Of a stretch of DNA of 64,000 bases, positions 30,742-41,177 are shown piece after piece. Within the stretch, counting starts at the first letter, position 1. Every line of letters starts with the position of its first letter. The DNA lies in IMG/VR virus record IMGVR_UViG_3300025655_000017; one strand, given 5' to 3'. The stretch is from a virus. The notes below the pieces were generated by a model. It was not told the origin of the DNA, ran no database searches, and saw nothing but the letters and a program-made list of their open reading frames with translations. A program made the translations under genes and the position numbers.

Positions 30742-31556
30742 TAAAAAAAATATATCATAGTGCTGATTGGCAATATTGTGTCAGTCGTACTGAAAATTTT
30801 GACAATGCAGCTTCTCAATATTTTAAATTAATAGTAGAAGATATAAAAAAATATGGTTTAGATAATAAAGAAGTTTTACAAGTCATTGCAGGTGATATTT
30901 TTCATAATAAAATGAAATCTTCTGTACAAGATTTTCTAGCAATAAAAGATTTTCTACGAAAATGTGGTGAAATATCAGAGGTTATTGTAACGGTGGGGAA
31001 TCATGATTATGACATGAAAAATAAACAAAGAGGTGATATGTTGTCATTAGTTTTTAATAATTTTTTGATACCAAATGTCAATTATTATTTAAACAGTGAG
31101 ATTATAGAGTATGAAAATTTAAGATTTTTTATTATATCTAACTATGATGACAATAAGTTTCCAGATAATTACTCTACAGATATAGAGAAGAAAGATAAAT
31201 TTAACATCGGTATATATCATGATACGCTAGTAGAGGCATCTAATTATGGTGACGCTGGTAGTTCAAAGTTTTTTAAGAACTCTCTATCATTAAAGAAATT
31301 TAATGGCTTAGATGCGCTTATAATGGGTGATATACACAAAAGACAAATATTATTATTATCTAATGGTGCAAAAGCGGTGTATAGTGGATCACCATATCAG
31401 CACCATTATGGTGAGAGTATAAATAATCATGGCTTAGTTGTTTGGGATATAGATAACGAAATTACCCCTCACTTTATAGACATCGAACCAAGACAACGAT
31501 TTATAAAAGCAAATTTCATAAATAATAAACTAAAAGTTTTAAATGAAGAAATTTAA
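30738..31556 (+). CDS. SbcD/Mre11-like nuclease (gp47-like)
   Basis: HSADWQ, AGDIFH, GNHD, GDIH, YSGS. Confidence 0.9.
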   Translation: MIKKIYHSADWQYCVSRTENFDNAASQYFKLIVEDIKKYGLDNKEVLQVIAGDIFHNKMKSSVQDFLAIKDFLRKCGEISEVIVTVGNHDYDMKNKQRGDMLSLVFNNFLIPNVNYYLNSEIIEYENLRFFIISNYDDNKFPDNYSTDIEKKDKFNIGIYHDTLVEASNYGDAGSSKFFKNSLSLKKFNGLDALIMGDIHKRQILLLSNGAKAVYSGSPYQHHYGESINNHGLVVWDIDNEITPHFIDIEPRQRFIKANFINNKLKVLNEEI

Positions 31557-34095
31557 TAAAGAAGACCGTTTTAAATTATATGTTAATGGTACGTTAACAA
31601 AAAATGAGTTAAATATACAATTACACGAGTCGGCTAAAATTCTAGGTGTCCCTATTGAAAACATCCAAATTTTTTCTACTGGCAATGAAATGGAAATTAT
31701 AAGTGAAGTTATAGAAGATAAACTTTCTAGTGTAACGGGCTTACATAATTTATATGAAGAGTGGTTAAATAAATGTACTGATGTAGAAAAAGAAGAATTT
31801 TATAAAATTGACCAAAAAGTAAATATTAAATTTGAAGAAAAAACAAATAAGTCAAATTATAAAATTTTATATGTAAGGGGTAAAAATATAAGATCATTTG
31901 GTGAGTTTCAATTTAATTTCTTTGAATACAGTGATTTATTATTAATTAATTCTACTCCGCAAAACTATGGAGGTAAAACTAATTTTTTCAAGTTATTTGA
32001 TATACTTTTATGGGGTAAATGTCGAAAAACAGATGAATGGGCAAAATTAGATGAAACAGTTAATATTTTTGCTAATAAAAATGACACATATTTTATTGAA
32101 GGTATTGTTGAGGTATGTGACAAAAGTTATTTTTTAAGAAGAGACTATTTTGTTAATAAGGCGGGAACAGTATCTCATAAATTTAAATTGTATCTCATAA
32201 CGGATGAAAAAACAGCTAATTCTTTTATTGAAATAGAAAATGATAATGTTTATTTTCATAACAAAGATAATCATAATCGCTCTATGGATGGACATTGGGC
32301 AATTAATCTCACTGAGGAAACTGCCCATGAATCACTTAAAGTTTATCAGAGGGAAATAGGAGATATAGAGGAAAATTTAAAAATTTCACATTTTAATGCT
32401 GAAAACATCTATGAATTATTAATGACAAAACCATCTGAAAGAACTAGAAATTTCTTTAACTTGTTTGGTGGTGATTTTTTCACTAAGAAAAAGGAAGAAG
32501 CAAAAGTTTTACATAAGTCATTTCTCACTAATTCTAAAATTAAAACATATGATCCATCAGTTATTTTACAATCTATTGATGATTTAGGTATAGAAATGGT
32601 AGAGTTAAATAGTAATTTAGATTTAATATTAATTGAAAAAGAGCGAGTTGAACAAACAATTAATCAACTTAATATTAATACCGAAACTTTAAAAGAAAGT
32701 TTAAAAAAAATACCTCAAAGCCCGACTGATATTTTTTATTTAAAGTCTGAACTTGAAAGCTTAGAAAAAATAAAAGTAAATTATGCAGGAAAAATTAAAG
32801 AATGTACATATGATTTAAGTTTTGAAGAAAAAATTAGCACTATAAAAACTCAGCTTTCAGAGTTAAACCATAAATATAATGAGGAACTTATTGAATTGAG
32901 GGTAAAAATCATAGAAGTGGAAGGAACAGGTTTATCCAACTATAAAGCCTATGTCGATTTACACGATACATATAAAACAAAATCTTCATTAATAGAAAAT
33001 TTTATTAAAGAGAAGGAGGTTATTTTAAAAGAATTAGATAATATAGGAACAAATTTAATTTGTGGGAAATGTGGTCAACCTGTAAAAAATAGGAACGAAG
33101 AAAAAAATACATTAAATAAAAGATTGCAGGAAATAATAGAGGAACTAGAATCATGTGATACAAACCCCCTATTAAATAAACTTAAAATTCTTGAGAGTAA
33201 TTTCAACGCAAGAAAAAATAATGCATTAATTCAATATAAAAAAAATGAGAGTGAAAACAAATCATTACATGATATAAATAAAAAAGAATTAGAGCAAGAA
33301 ATTATTTCACTAGAATCGCAAAAAGAAATCTTTCAATTTAATGAAACAATAATTGCACAAATTGAAACTGTTGATTTAAAAATTTCTAATGTAACCGAGA
33401 AAATTGTTTTATTTAATACTCATATAGCTGATATAAAACATAATGAAAATGTTCAAGCACAAATTAGCTTATTAAAAGAAAAAGAATCTTTGGAAAAATC
33501 TAATTTAGTTCTTATAACAAGAAATTATGATGTATTAAAAAGTACTCAACAAATTAAAAGAGATCAAATTGCTCACCAAAAAGCAATATTAGAACAAATA
33601 AAAGGTGATATTATAATTGATAAGGCATTTAAATTATATGTCGAGGCACATGATAAAGATGGAATCATAAATAATTTAATGCTTAACTATATAGGTGTTA
33701 TTAATGAAGAGTTAGATGTGATCATGGGTGATTTACCATTTAAATGTTATGTGGTACTTGAGAAGGGCATAATAGATTATATTATAGAAAATAATGAAAC
33801 TAAATATAATTTAAAAAATGGGTCTGGTATGGAAAAATGTGCATCTATGTTAGCATTAAATTTAGTTCAAATTAATTTTTCTAAAATAAATATACCTAAT
33901 TACATAAGAATTGACGAAATTTTTGGGCCAATTGGAGGAGAAAATATCGAAATTATCTTAAAAATCTTAGAGAGATATAAATCAGTTTTTGAAAAATGTT
34001 TTATAATTTCACATCGTGAAGATATAAAAGATGCTTTTTTAAATGCCGAAGTTTTAACTATTAAAAAAGAAGGAAAAATAAGTAAATTATGTTAG
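31543..34095 (+). CDS. SbcC/Rad50-like SMC ATPase (gp46-like)
   Basis: NIRSF, NYGGKT Walker A, coiled coils with a CGKC zinc hook, SGMEK signature, IDE Walker B, ISH. Confidence 0.9.
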   Translation: MKKFNKEDRFKLYVNGTLTKNELNIQLHESAKILGVPIENIQIFSTGNEMEIISEVIEDKLSSVTGLHNLYEEWLNKCTDVEKEEFYKIDQKVNIKFEEKTNKSNYKILYVRGKNIRSFGEFQFNFFEYSDLLLINSTPQNYGGKTNFFKLFDILLWGKCRKTDEWAKLDETVNIFANKNDTYFIEGIVEVCDKSYFLRRDYFVNKAGTVSHKFKLYLITDEKTANSFIEIENDNVYFHNKDNHNRSMDGHWAINLTEETAHESLKVYQREIGDIEENLKISHFNAENIYELLMTKPSERTRNFFNLFGGDFFTKKKEEAKVLHKSFLTNSKIKTYDPSVILQSIDDLGIEMVELNSNLDLILIEKERVEQTINQLNINTETLKESLKKIPQSPTDIFYLKSELESLEKIKVNYAGKIKECTYDLSFEEKISTIKTQLSELNHKYNEELIELRVKIIEVEGTGLSNYKAYVDLHDTYKTKSSLIENFIKEKEVILKELDNIGTNLICGKCGQPVKNRNEEKNTLNKRLQEIIEELESCDTNPLLNKLKILESNFNARKNNALIQYKKNESENKSLHDINKKELEQEIISLESQKEIFQFNETIIAQIETVDLKISNVTEKIVLFNTHIADIKHNENVQAQISLLKEKESLEKSNLVLITRNYDVLKSTQQIKRDQIAHQKAILEQIKGDIIIDKAFKLYVEAHDKDGIINNLMLNYIGVINEELDVIMGDLPFKCYVVLEKGIIDYIIENNETKYNLKNGSGMEKCASMLALNLVQINFSKINIPNYIRIDEIFGPIGGENIEIILKILERYKSVFEKCFIISHREDIKDAFLNAEVLTIKKEGKISKLC

Positions 34096-35159
34096 AGGAA
34101 AACAGATTTTTATATGACCACGTAGGGCAGTATTACAAACCTATGAAATTATCAGAGCAAATGGATCACTTAATCATGTATTTAAATACTAAAAATTTAA
34201 AATATAGAAATGATCTGGTTTTTGCAAATTATAAATTAATAAAAAAATGTGTAATTAATATTTCACGTAACTGGAATTTAAAAGATGATCAACAACATGA
34301 CATGTTTTTTTATGCTGTTGAGAGCGCATTAAAATCGTTAGACAGGTACACTATTGGAAGAGGCACTACAACTGTTCCTAGTTGGATAAATACTTGCGTA
34401 ATGAATGATCTTTATGCCTTATTAAAAAGAAGTTATACCGAAAGAGGTAATTTAAATATAATTGATGTAAGCCCTTCCTATAAGGATAACATAATTAATG
34501 ATAGGAAAATTTATAATCAAGTCATAAAAACAAATGAAGTCCCCATAAAAAATATAAAATACAATGTGGGAGGAGAAGAGCTTGTTTATAGGGGTACTAA
34601 TGACATATCTTTTTTTTCTATTGATGAGTTAGAACATTTTGATTTATGTGATAATACGGACGTAGAAACAGAATTGAATAATGAATTATTAGAAATTATA
34701 AAAGACATTCTTTCTAAGCGCGAATTTTTAATTTTTAAAAATATAGCTTTAGGTATACGTACAAAAAAAGATATTATATATGAAATTCCACCTTTGAACA
34801 GTCAAGAACTTGAAAAACTTGAAAACCGAGGAAAAAACGAGATTATTATAAATAATAAATTAATAGAAGTAATATGGAGTAAGTTTTACAAGGGAGAAAA
34901 AGAATCTGTTAAAAATGGTACATATGTATTTTCTTCCTCAGAACTCACAGAAGTTATTTATAATGGGAAAGATGTAAAACCAAGATTTATTAATTCTAAA
35001 TATTTATATAATATAAAACTTGATAATGAAGGTTATTCAATAAGTGGAATGAGTGCAGGAATTATATATAATGAAGCATTGACAAAACTTCGAAATTTTT
35101 TAATTAAAAATAAAATAAAAAATATAACAGATTATGCAGACAAATTTACAAAAGTATAG
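34089..35159 (+). CDS. RNA polymerase sigma factor (sigma70-like, divergent)
   Basis: RNDLVFANYKLI (region 2.1), DMF...LKSLDRY...SWI (2.2-2.4), LSKREFLIF and ALTKLR (region 4-like). Confidence 0.7.
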   Translation: MLEENRFLYDHVGQYYKPMKLSEQMDHLIMYLNTKNLKYRNDLVFANYKLIKKCVINISRNWNLKDDQQHDMFFYAVESALKSLDRYTIGRGTTTVPSWINTCVMNDLYALLKRSYTERGNLNIIDVSPSYKDNIINDRKIYNQVIKTNEVPIKNIKYNVGGEELVYRGTNDISFFSIDELEHFDLCDNTDVETELNNELLEIIKDILSKREFLIFKNIALGIRTKKDIIYEIPPLNSQELEKLENRGKNEIIINNKLIEVIWSKFYKGEKESVKNGTYVFSSSELTEVIYNGKDVKPRFINSKYLYNIKLDNEGYSISGMSAGIIYNEALTKLRNFLIKNKIKNITDYADKFTKV

Positions 35160-35409
35160 TTCATATATTATGATTGGGCTTGCTTTACTATTACTTTTGG
35201 TATTATCTAATAAATGTAGTTTAAAAACACAGCTCATGTTAGAAAAAAAATCTAGAGAAGCTGATAAAAAAGAATTCATGTTAAAATTATCTAATATTGA
35301 TTCTCTTTTCTTAAATGAAAAAAAAGAAATTCTTTTACTAGAAAAGGAATTTGATAATCCAAATACAACTCTAGAAGAATTAAAAAAAAGGTTAAATGAA
35401 AATAACTAG
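35134..35409 (+). CDS. small membrane-anchored coiled-coil protein
   Basis: N-terminal TM ending LSNKC, then coiled coil; possibly spanin-like. Confidence 0.6.
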   Translation: MQTNLQKYSSYIMIGLALLLLLVLSNKCSLKTQLMLEKKSREADKKEFMLKLSNIDSLFLNEKKEILLLEKEFDNPNTTLEELKKRLNENN

Positions 35410-36202
35410 AGGCACATTAATTGCAGTAACAGTTGCTTGTTTAGTTCTATTTTATTTGGGATTAGGTATTACAAGTGTTTTTCACAGTATTTATTTTTGG
35501 CATATTTTTAATGAACAGTTTTATGCTTATTTACTAGCCATAGGTGTTTTTTTAGGAATTGCATCGGTATTGCTACTAACGTTCTTGAAAATAGGTACTA
35601 ATTTTACCAAAGCAATGATCTTCTTTCCCACCTTATTTGCAGAAATATGTGGGAATGTTTTTTATCAATATATAAAAATTGATATTGCTTCTTTAGATTA
35701 TCAGGCATATTTAGAACTTATGACTCCATTACTTAACTTTTTTAAAATAATGGAAGATGCTGAATTTAGCTCTTATTTAAAAAGTATGACAGCAGTTATA
35801 TTTGGATTATGGATACCGATTGTTCACTTAGGAGTATTTTGGGGTCTTATGAGCATAATTAAAGAAGTAGACGTTTTTAATGAAAGTGAACAATCTGATG
35901 TAGATGTTAATTCTAATCAAGACGAGATTATTAAAAATGATGAACCTATTGTAGAAGATAAAACCATATCTTTAGATGAAGTGATTATTGAAAATCAAAA
36001 AGTTATTATCCCACTTGAAGAAAAAGAAGAGGAGATTCTAATATCTGATAATAAAGCTGATTTAACAAAAGAAGTTTTATTACCTATACTATCCGAAGAT
36101 TTGTCTAATACTGAAATTAGCGATGTGACATATGAAAACAAGATAATATTAAAAGATACAGATAGTTCTGTTAAAAAAGGAAAAAGAACTATTAGAGAAT
36201 AA
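35396..36202 (+). CDS. multi-pass membrane protein
   Basis: About four hydrophobic helices and an acidic tail. Confidence 0.7.
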   Translation: MKITRGTLIAVTVACLVLFYLGLGITSVFHSIYFWHIFNEQFYAYLLAIGVFLGIASVLLLTFLKIGTNFTKAMIFFPTLFAEICGNVFYQYIKIDIASLDYQAYLELMTPLLNFFKIMEDAEFSSYLKSMTAVIFGLWIPIVHLGVFWGLMSIIKEVDVFNESEQSDVDVNSNQDEIIKNDEPIVEDKTISLDEVIIENQKVIIPLEEKEEEILISDNKADLTKEVLLPILSEDLSNTEISDVTYENKIILKDTDSSVKKGKRTIRE

Positions 36203-36330
36203 AATATTAATTTTACTATTTATAGATAATGCAAGAACAATTTCTGTTTTTTATACTTATCATTTGTGCAGACGGGAAAATTGGCTATAGGTAAAAAAAT
36301 GGGTTGTTCTTGCTTTTAACATAAAAATAT

Positions 36331-36675
36331 ATGACGTTTTTCATATCTGAAGAGGTATTAACATTACCTAATGATAATGATTTTTTAAATGATGCTAAAA
36401 CAAATATTATTGAGTTAGCAGGTTCTTTGTCAGTAAGCTTTGACGATATTACTTACGATTATGAAAATAATATGTTTCAATGGTCAGGTTCGTTTGGTGA
36501 TAAAATTAAGTGGTTATTTACTATGGGAAAAGGCAACAGTGGGTTTTATTTAGAAAATGCTTCCATGTTAAGATTAGAACCTACTGTATTACAAGCTTTA
36601 TTAAAACTACAAGGATATTTTAATGTTGGATTCACTAAAGCTGTAAATGAAAAACTAGCAAAAAAAGATTTTTAA
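36331..36675 (+). CDS. hypothetical protein
   Basis: 114 aa ORF downstream of CTATTTATA (36216-36224). Confidence 0.7.
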   Translation: MTFFISEEVLTLPNDNDFLNDAKTNIIELAGSLSVSFDDITYDYENNMFQWSGSFGDKIKWLFTMGKGNSGFYLENASMLRLEPTVLQALLKLQGYFNVGFTKAVNEKLAKKDF

Positions 36676-36685
36676 TAAAAAACAT

Positions 36686-37444
36686 ATGAATAATAATAAC
36701 ACAAGCCCAGAAATATTGGAAATTAAGGCAGAGATGTCTGAAAATGATTCAGGTGCTTATGAAACTCCATTGGTACTAGAAGATGACTATATAGAATTGA
36801 CCACAGAGCAATTTGAAAAAATGGTGATCGAGAAATTAATGGAATCACAAGTCTATTCAGTTGCTGCTGATTTAACAAATAAATACATAAAGTCTAGTAA
36901 AACTAAGGCTAAAAAACCAGCTAAAAGTGGTTATTTCTTTCCTAAGTCAGATAGCAGTAATCCTCACAATACTGAGGATATGGAAGTTGAAAGAGGGAAT
37001 AATGGTCTTGATTCTATGGAATCCGCAGTTGATGGTGATGCCATAGGAGAATCAAAAAAAGAACAGATATTGGCCACTGATAAAGAAACTGGTAATTCAG
37101 TGGAAGGGGTTGGAAAAGAATTGGTTAAAGACAATGATAACCGAGCAAAAGAAACTTCAAAAGATGATGTTACACAAGTTGGAGACAACCCAATTAAACT
37201 TTCTGAAAACATAAAAAAATATGTTTTAAAAGATAAGAGCTATTTAAATGAAGAATCTTTAGAGCGTATTTTAGAAAAATATCAATCTAAAATGAAGGGG
37301 AGTGTGTTTATCATCCAAGATGGGCATGATAATGTCTACAAGATAGACTGGTCGCAAAATAAAGCTGAAATACTTGAAAAACACGATATAAATCATTACG
37401 CCAAACAAATAGCGTTACAAGAAAGATTATTTAAATTATTTTAA
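36686..37444 (+). CDS. acidic hypothetical protein (putative head internal protein)
   Basis: Acidic, low-complexity; LMES, LSEN, LNEE motifs. Confidence 0.6.
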   Translation: MNNNNTSPEILEIKAEMSENDSGAYETPLVLEDDYIELTTEQFEKMVIEKLMESQVYSVAADLTNKYIKSSKTKAKKPAKSGYFFPKSDSSNPHNTEDMEVERGNNGLDSMESAVDGDAIGESKKEQILATDKETGNSVEGVGKELVKDNDNRAKETSKDDVTQVGDNPIKLSENIKKYVLKDKSYLNEESLERILEKYQSKMKGSVFIIQDGHDNVYKIDWSQNKAEILEKHDINHYAKQIALQERLFKLF

Positions 37445-37445
37445 C

Positions 37446-37715
37446 ATGGATGTATATAATGTCAGGTCATACAATGGAGGTTTAATTTTACAAATTTTTA
37501 ATGAAAATGGTACTTTTTATTATTTTGATGCTACTCGTAAGGAAATCATAAGCAGTAATAGTCCTTCTATTAGAAATTTAGTTTTAGATGATCTAATAAT
37601 AGATTGTGCATCTATATGTCTTACTTTTGAGATTGATTGTGTAGATGGAGCATTATTAACAAATGCTGCCTTTTGCTTGGTTACAAATGGGGGTGATCCA
37701 ATAGTAGGAAATTAA
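37446..37715 (+). CDS. hypothetical protein
   Basis: 89 aa ORF. Confidence 0.6.
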   Translation: MDVYNVRSYNGGLILQIFNENGTFYYFDATRKEIISSNSPSIRNLVLDDLIIDCASICLTFEIDCVDGALLTNAAFCLVTNGGDPIVGN

Positions 37716-38077
37716 GATTTTTTTTCATCGTTGTTAATGGCAGAGAGTTCATTTAAAAGAACCGCTGCCATTTCATTTTTCCAATTATCTGATTTGTAAT
37801 AAATCATTTGCTGTAAACTGTTTATGAATAAAGATACTGCTCCCGATAAGCTACCACTAGCTATATAGGATAATAATGTATATTGAAATTCAATATTATG
37901 AATAGGTGTTCCAGTGAAATGCAGAAAAATTCCTACCCAAAAACCAGTACATAGTGGACAAATAAATAATAACCCAAAAAAATTAGGTGATATTTTTTTA
38001 AAAAAATCTCTGAATCCTTGAAAAATAGAGCTATTTGTTATTATGATAGTAATAGCATAACAAATTAATAATATCAT
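37712..38077 (-). CDS. DUF1360-like membrane protein
   Basis: LFICPLCTGFWVG CxxC-W motif between TM helices. Confidence 0.6.
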   Translation of the reverse strand: MILLICYAITIIITNSSIFQGFRDFFKKISPNFFGLLFICPLCTGFWVGIFLHFTGTPIHNIEFQYTLLSYIASGSLSGAVSLFINSLQQMIYYKSDNWKNEMAAVLLNELSAINNDEKKS

Positions 38078-38325
38078 TGTACTAAATTTATTGCACCTTG
38101 AAATCTTGTTTCTCCTATAATAATAGTAACTTCCTCTGAATTTTTATCAATAATGTGATAATTTTCTTTTAAAAGTTTCATTTCATTCATAAGAAAATTT
38201 ATTTTTTCTTCTAGTGTATTTGGCTCATCAAAAGTTTTTTTGTTTTTATCCATGTACTCAAAAAGACTTTCATTTTTTGTTGAAACTCTTTCTAAAAGTT
38301 TACTGGTATCATGATTTGGTTGCAT
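38074..38325 (-). CDS. hypothetical protein
   Basis: Coupled ORF. Confidence 0.6.
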   Translation of the reverse strand: MQPNHDTSKLLERVSTKNESLFEYMDKNKKTFDEPNTLEEKINFLMNEMKLLKENYHIIDKNSEEVTIIIGETRFQGAINLVQ

Positions 38326-38599
38326 CTAAATGTATTTTAATTTGTTCTTTAACTATTTTCGTTATTAATATTTCTAACGCATTAACATTAAATATTTCGC
38401 TTTTATTATTATAAGTAGATGAGTCAGTCTTTTTTTTATTTAACCTATCCTCTATATTTTGAGTATGGGTCATTATTCTATTTAAAAAAACATTTCTTTC
38501 ATCGGTTGTTAAAGGCTCTACTATTTCATCACCAACTGCTAAAACAGCATATTCAGGTGGTATAACGGGAGTAGCTTCTTTTTTAAAAGCTTTTTTCAT
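38309..38599 (-). CDS. hypothetical protein
   Basis: Coupled ORF. Confidence 0.6.
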   Translation of the reverse strand: MKKAFKKEATPVIPPEYAVLAVGDEIVEPLTTDERNVFLNRIMTHTQNIEDRLNKKKTDSSTYNNKSEIFNVNALEILITKIVKEQIKIHLDATKS

Positions 38600-39165
38600 A
38601 ATATATATGGTTTATAAAGAGTTTCATATTTTATGTCAAATTTTTTAATGATATTTTCATTATATAAACTTCTCATTCTTTTATTTAAAATACCTAAATA
38701 AATATTTTTTTTACTAAGTAATATATTCTGAGCAAAAAATGAAGCCTCTCTTTTATTTGTACAAACTATAAGATAATTTTTCTTATCCTCTGCTTCAAAT
38801 ATAATCTTATTAAGAAAAATATAAAAGACATAACCCTCTAATGAAGAAACTTCGTTATATCTTACATATGCTTTTTCTGGATATGAATAAAATAATCTCT
38901 CTTCATATATGTTTTTAATTTCTAAAACTTTATAGCCATTACTTGTTGTATATCCTAACCCTTTAGTATACGGGTTATTAGTTATTAACAGTAATTGATG
39001 TTTTATTGCTTTTCCATTCTTATAGGTTTTATAAAATTCTATATTTTTATTTTCTTTTAAAATTTTATCATATTTGTTTTTTATAATTACATATTTTTTA
39101 TTTAATGCAATTGTAGTTTTTTCTACGCTATTCTCTATTTTAATAATTTTATAAAAATATTTCAT
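38596..39165 (-). CDS. basic hypothetical protein
   Basis: 189 aa Lys-rich ORF. Confidence 0.65.
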   Translation of the reverse strand: MKYFYKIIKIENSVEKTTIALNKKYVIIKNKYDKILKENKNIEFYKTYKNGKAIKHQLLLITNNPYTKGLGYTTSNGYKVLEIKNIYEERLFYSYPEKAYVRYNEVSSLEGYVFYIFLNKIIFEAEDKKNYLIVCTNKREASFFAQNILLSKKNIYLGILNKRMRSLYNENIIKKFDIKYETLYKPYIL

Positions 39166-39172
39166 AAATAAA

Positions 39173-39204
39173 TTTGGTTATCTGGATAAAATATATTATC
39201 TTTG
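39173..39204 (+). promoter_or_regulatory. Bacteroidota-type promoter
   Basis: TTTG...TATCTTTG, exact consensus. Confidence 0.75.
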
Positions 39205-39228
39205 CACTAAATAATAAATAAATATTTT

Positions 39229-39708
39229 ATGATAGAATTATTAGAAGATGGCAATGATGTCAAAAAATTAGTTGATGATTTTTTTGACCGCACAGGAAAT
39301 GACAACTATATGTCATATCACGTTTTTTCATTTGAAATGAGGTTCAATAAACAACGAGATATTGGAAAAGTGGTTGTCTTAAAAGAAGATGAAAAAGAAA
39401 TTCTTATTGCTGAAGGTATTAAAGAACCTGTCGATGTAAGAATCTTTTTTGATAGCAATGCTATAGATGAATTACGATCCATGTCTATAAATGAAGGTGA
39501 TCCTAACCTACCTAAATTGGCTGTTGACCGTATATTGGAGGGGATTTGGTATGATCAAGAAAAAGATAAGGTCATGTACGATAAACCAACAGTACAAGAA
39601 TATACTGGCATATTAACATCATATGATCCTGTTGTAGTAACAGAAGTCTATAGAGCTGCTATTGATCAAATAGAGCAAAAGAGAAAAGAACAAAAAAATG
39701 GGGGTTAA
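39229..39708 (+). CDS. phage metallopeptidase-like protein lacking HExxH
   Basis: Pattern V-x-I-F...LAVDRILEGI..D...KPTVQEYTGIL resembles the putative phage metallopeptidase family; metal ligands absent. Confidence 0.4.
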   Translation: MIELLEDGNDVKKLVDDFFDRTGNDNYMSYHVFSFEMRFNKQRDIGKVVVLKEDEKEILIAEGIKEPVDVRIFFDSNAIDELRSMSINEGDPNLPKLAVDRILEGIWYDQEKDKVMYDKPTVQEYTGILTSYDPVVVTEVYRAAIDQIEQKRKEQKNGG

Positions 39709-39842
39709 CGAGTAATACCCATAACTTTTTTTATCGCAGCAATTTTTTCTTCTGTTGTTAAAGGCTGCTGTCTAACAATATTATTAAAAGTTGCTGCGGT
39801 ATTAGTTGCAGTATTTCTTGAACCTCTTGTACAATTACACAT
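39705..39842 (-). CDS. small Cys-tipped protein (MCNCTRG..., 45 aa)
   Basis: Likely start at ATG 39842; TATTTAT upstream. Confidence 0.5.
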   Translation of the reverse strand: MCNCTRGSRNTATNTAATFNNIVRQQPLTTEEKIAAIKKVMGITR

Positions 39843-39843
39843 T

Positions 39844-40701
39844 ATGAAAATCGTTTTAAATAAATATTTAAATAAAATAAAATTTATCATAAAAAACGAT
39901 AAAGTATTGTTTTTTCAGATAGTATTATTATTGTTATTATTATTAGTTATTTATCGTGGATTTCATCACTTACCTGATAAAACAGAAATAAATGAAATTC
40001 TCATGAATAGTAAACAAAAAAACCTGTATATTATTGATGTTGGACATGGATATACAGGTGAATGTAAGGGTAATCATGTAAAATTGGAGGATGGTAGTTG
40101 TTTTTACGAATATCAATATTGCTATGATCTTTATAAAAAGATAGACATTATGTTAAAAAAATCTAATATTTTTTCCATTTTATTAGATACTAATGTTTTA
40201 GTGCAAAACATGCCTATTAATACAAGAGTAAGAGAGGTTAATAATATAGTAAGAAAAGTTAATAGAGCAAATATTACAACATTAGTGATTAGCTTACATG
40301 CAAATTATACTAGTAAAAACCCTGATGCAACAGGAGTTGAAGTTTATATAAACTTAGAAAAGCAAAAAAATATTTTAGATGCAAGTTTATATAATGAAGC
40401 AATGACAAATGCAGCCATACTTTTTGCTAATAACCTAGCTCATTATAGTGGACTACCATTAAGAAAGTCTAGGGGTAAGGAATATAAATTATCAGAATTA
40501 AGGCCAGAAGATTGCGGCATTTTAAAAAGAACAAAGTGCTATGCGATTTTAACAGAAAACGGTTTTTTCTCCAATGAGAAAGAAAGAAATAAAATGCAAA
40601 CCGATAAATTTAAAACAAATATTGCGTATGCACATTATGCCAGTATATGTGAAATAGAGGGAATTATCCCTTATCCTATAAATATTTTTTATGAACAATA
40701 A
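39844..40701 (+). CDS. N-acetylmuramoyl-L-alanine amidase (Amidase_3) with N-terminal TM; putative endolysin
   Basis: IDVGHG, E, SLHAN, GVEVY, AILTENGFFSN. Confidence 0.85.
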   Translation: MKIVLNKYLNKIKFIIKNDKVLFFQIVLLLLLLLVIYRGFHHLPDKTEINEILMNSKQKNLYIIDVGHGYTGECKGNHVKLEDGSCFYEYQYCYDLYKKIDIMLKKSNIFSILLDTNVLVQNMPINTRVREVNNIVRKVNRANITTLVISLHANYTSKNPDATGVEVYINLEKQKNILDASLYNEAMTNAAILFANNLAHYSGLPLRKSRGKEYKLSELRPEDCGILKRTKCYAILTENGFFSNEKERNKMQTDKFKTNIAYAHYASICEIEGIIPYPINIFYEQ

Positions 40702-41155
40702 CTTAAAAAAAGTAGAAGAATTTCAATTATTCTTTGGTAAACCAGTAAGAAAAAAACCTACATTAATTTCAAAACCAGAATTTGAGTTGAGGGTTAAACT
40801 TCTAAAAGAAGAATTACAAGAATTAGAAGATGCTTATGAAGCAAATGATTTAATAGAAATTGCGGATGCGCTTATTGATATTGAATATATTTTGCATGGT
40901 ACAACATTAGAAATGGGGTTTGGTGATTATAATGAAATTCTGTTTGATGAAGTACATTCTTCTAATATGAGTAAAGCCTGTGATACGTTAGATGAGGCTA
41001 ACTTATCTATTTTGTCTTATAAGCAAAAAGGAGTAGAAACCTATTCCTTATATAAGGAAGAGTATGGCAAATATTTGATTTTGCGTAGTGAAGATAATAA
41101 AATTTTAAAATCAATAAATTACAACGAAGCTAACTTAACTAATTTTTTTAACTAA
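40691..41155 (+). CDS. MazG-like / PRA-PH nucleoside triphosphate pyrophosphohydrolase
   Basis: EELQEL, ADALID, EVHSSNMSK, KILKS. Confidence 0.85.
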   Translation: MNNNLKKVEEFQLFFGKPVRKKPTLISKPEFELRVKLLKEELQELEDAYEANDLIEIADALIDIEYILHGTTLEMGFGDYNEILFDEVHSSNMSKACDTLDEANLSILSYKQKGVETYSLYKEEYGKYLILRSEDNKILKSINYNEANLTNFFN

Positions 41156-41177
41156 ATTAATCAAAACTTTAATTTTT

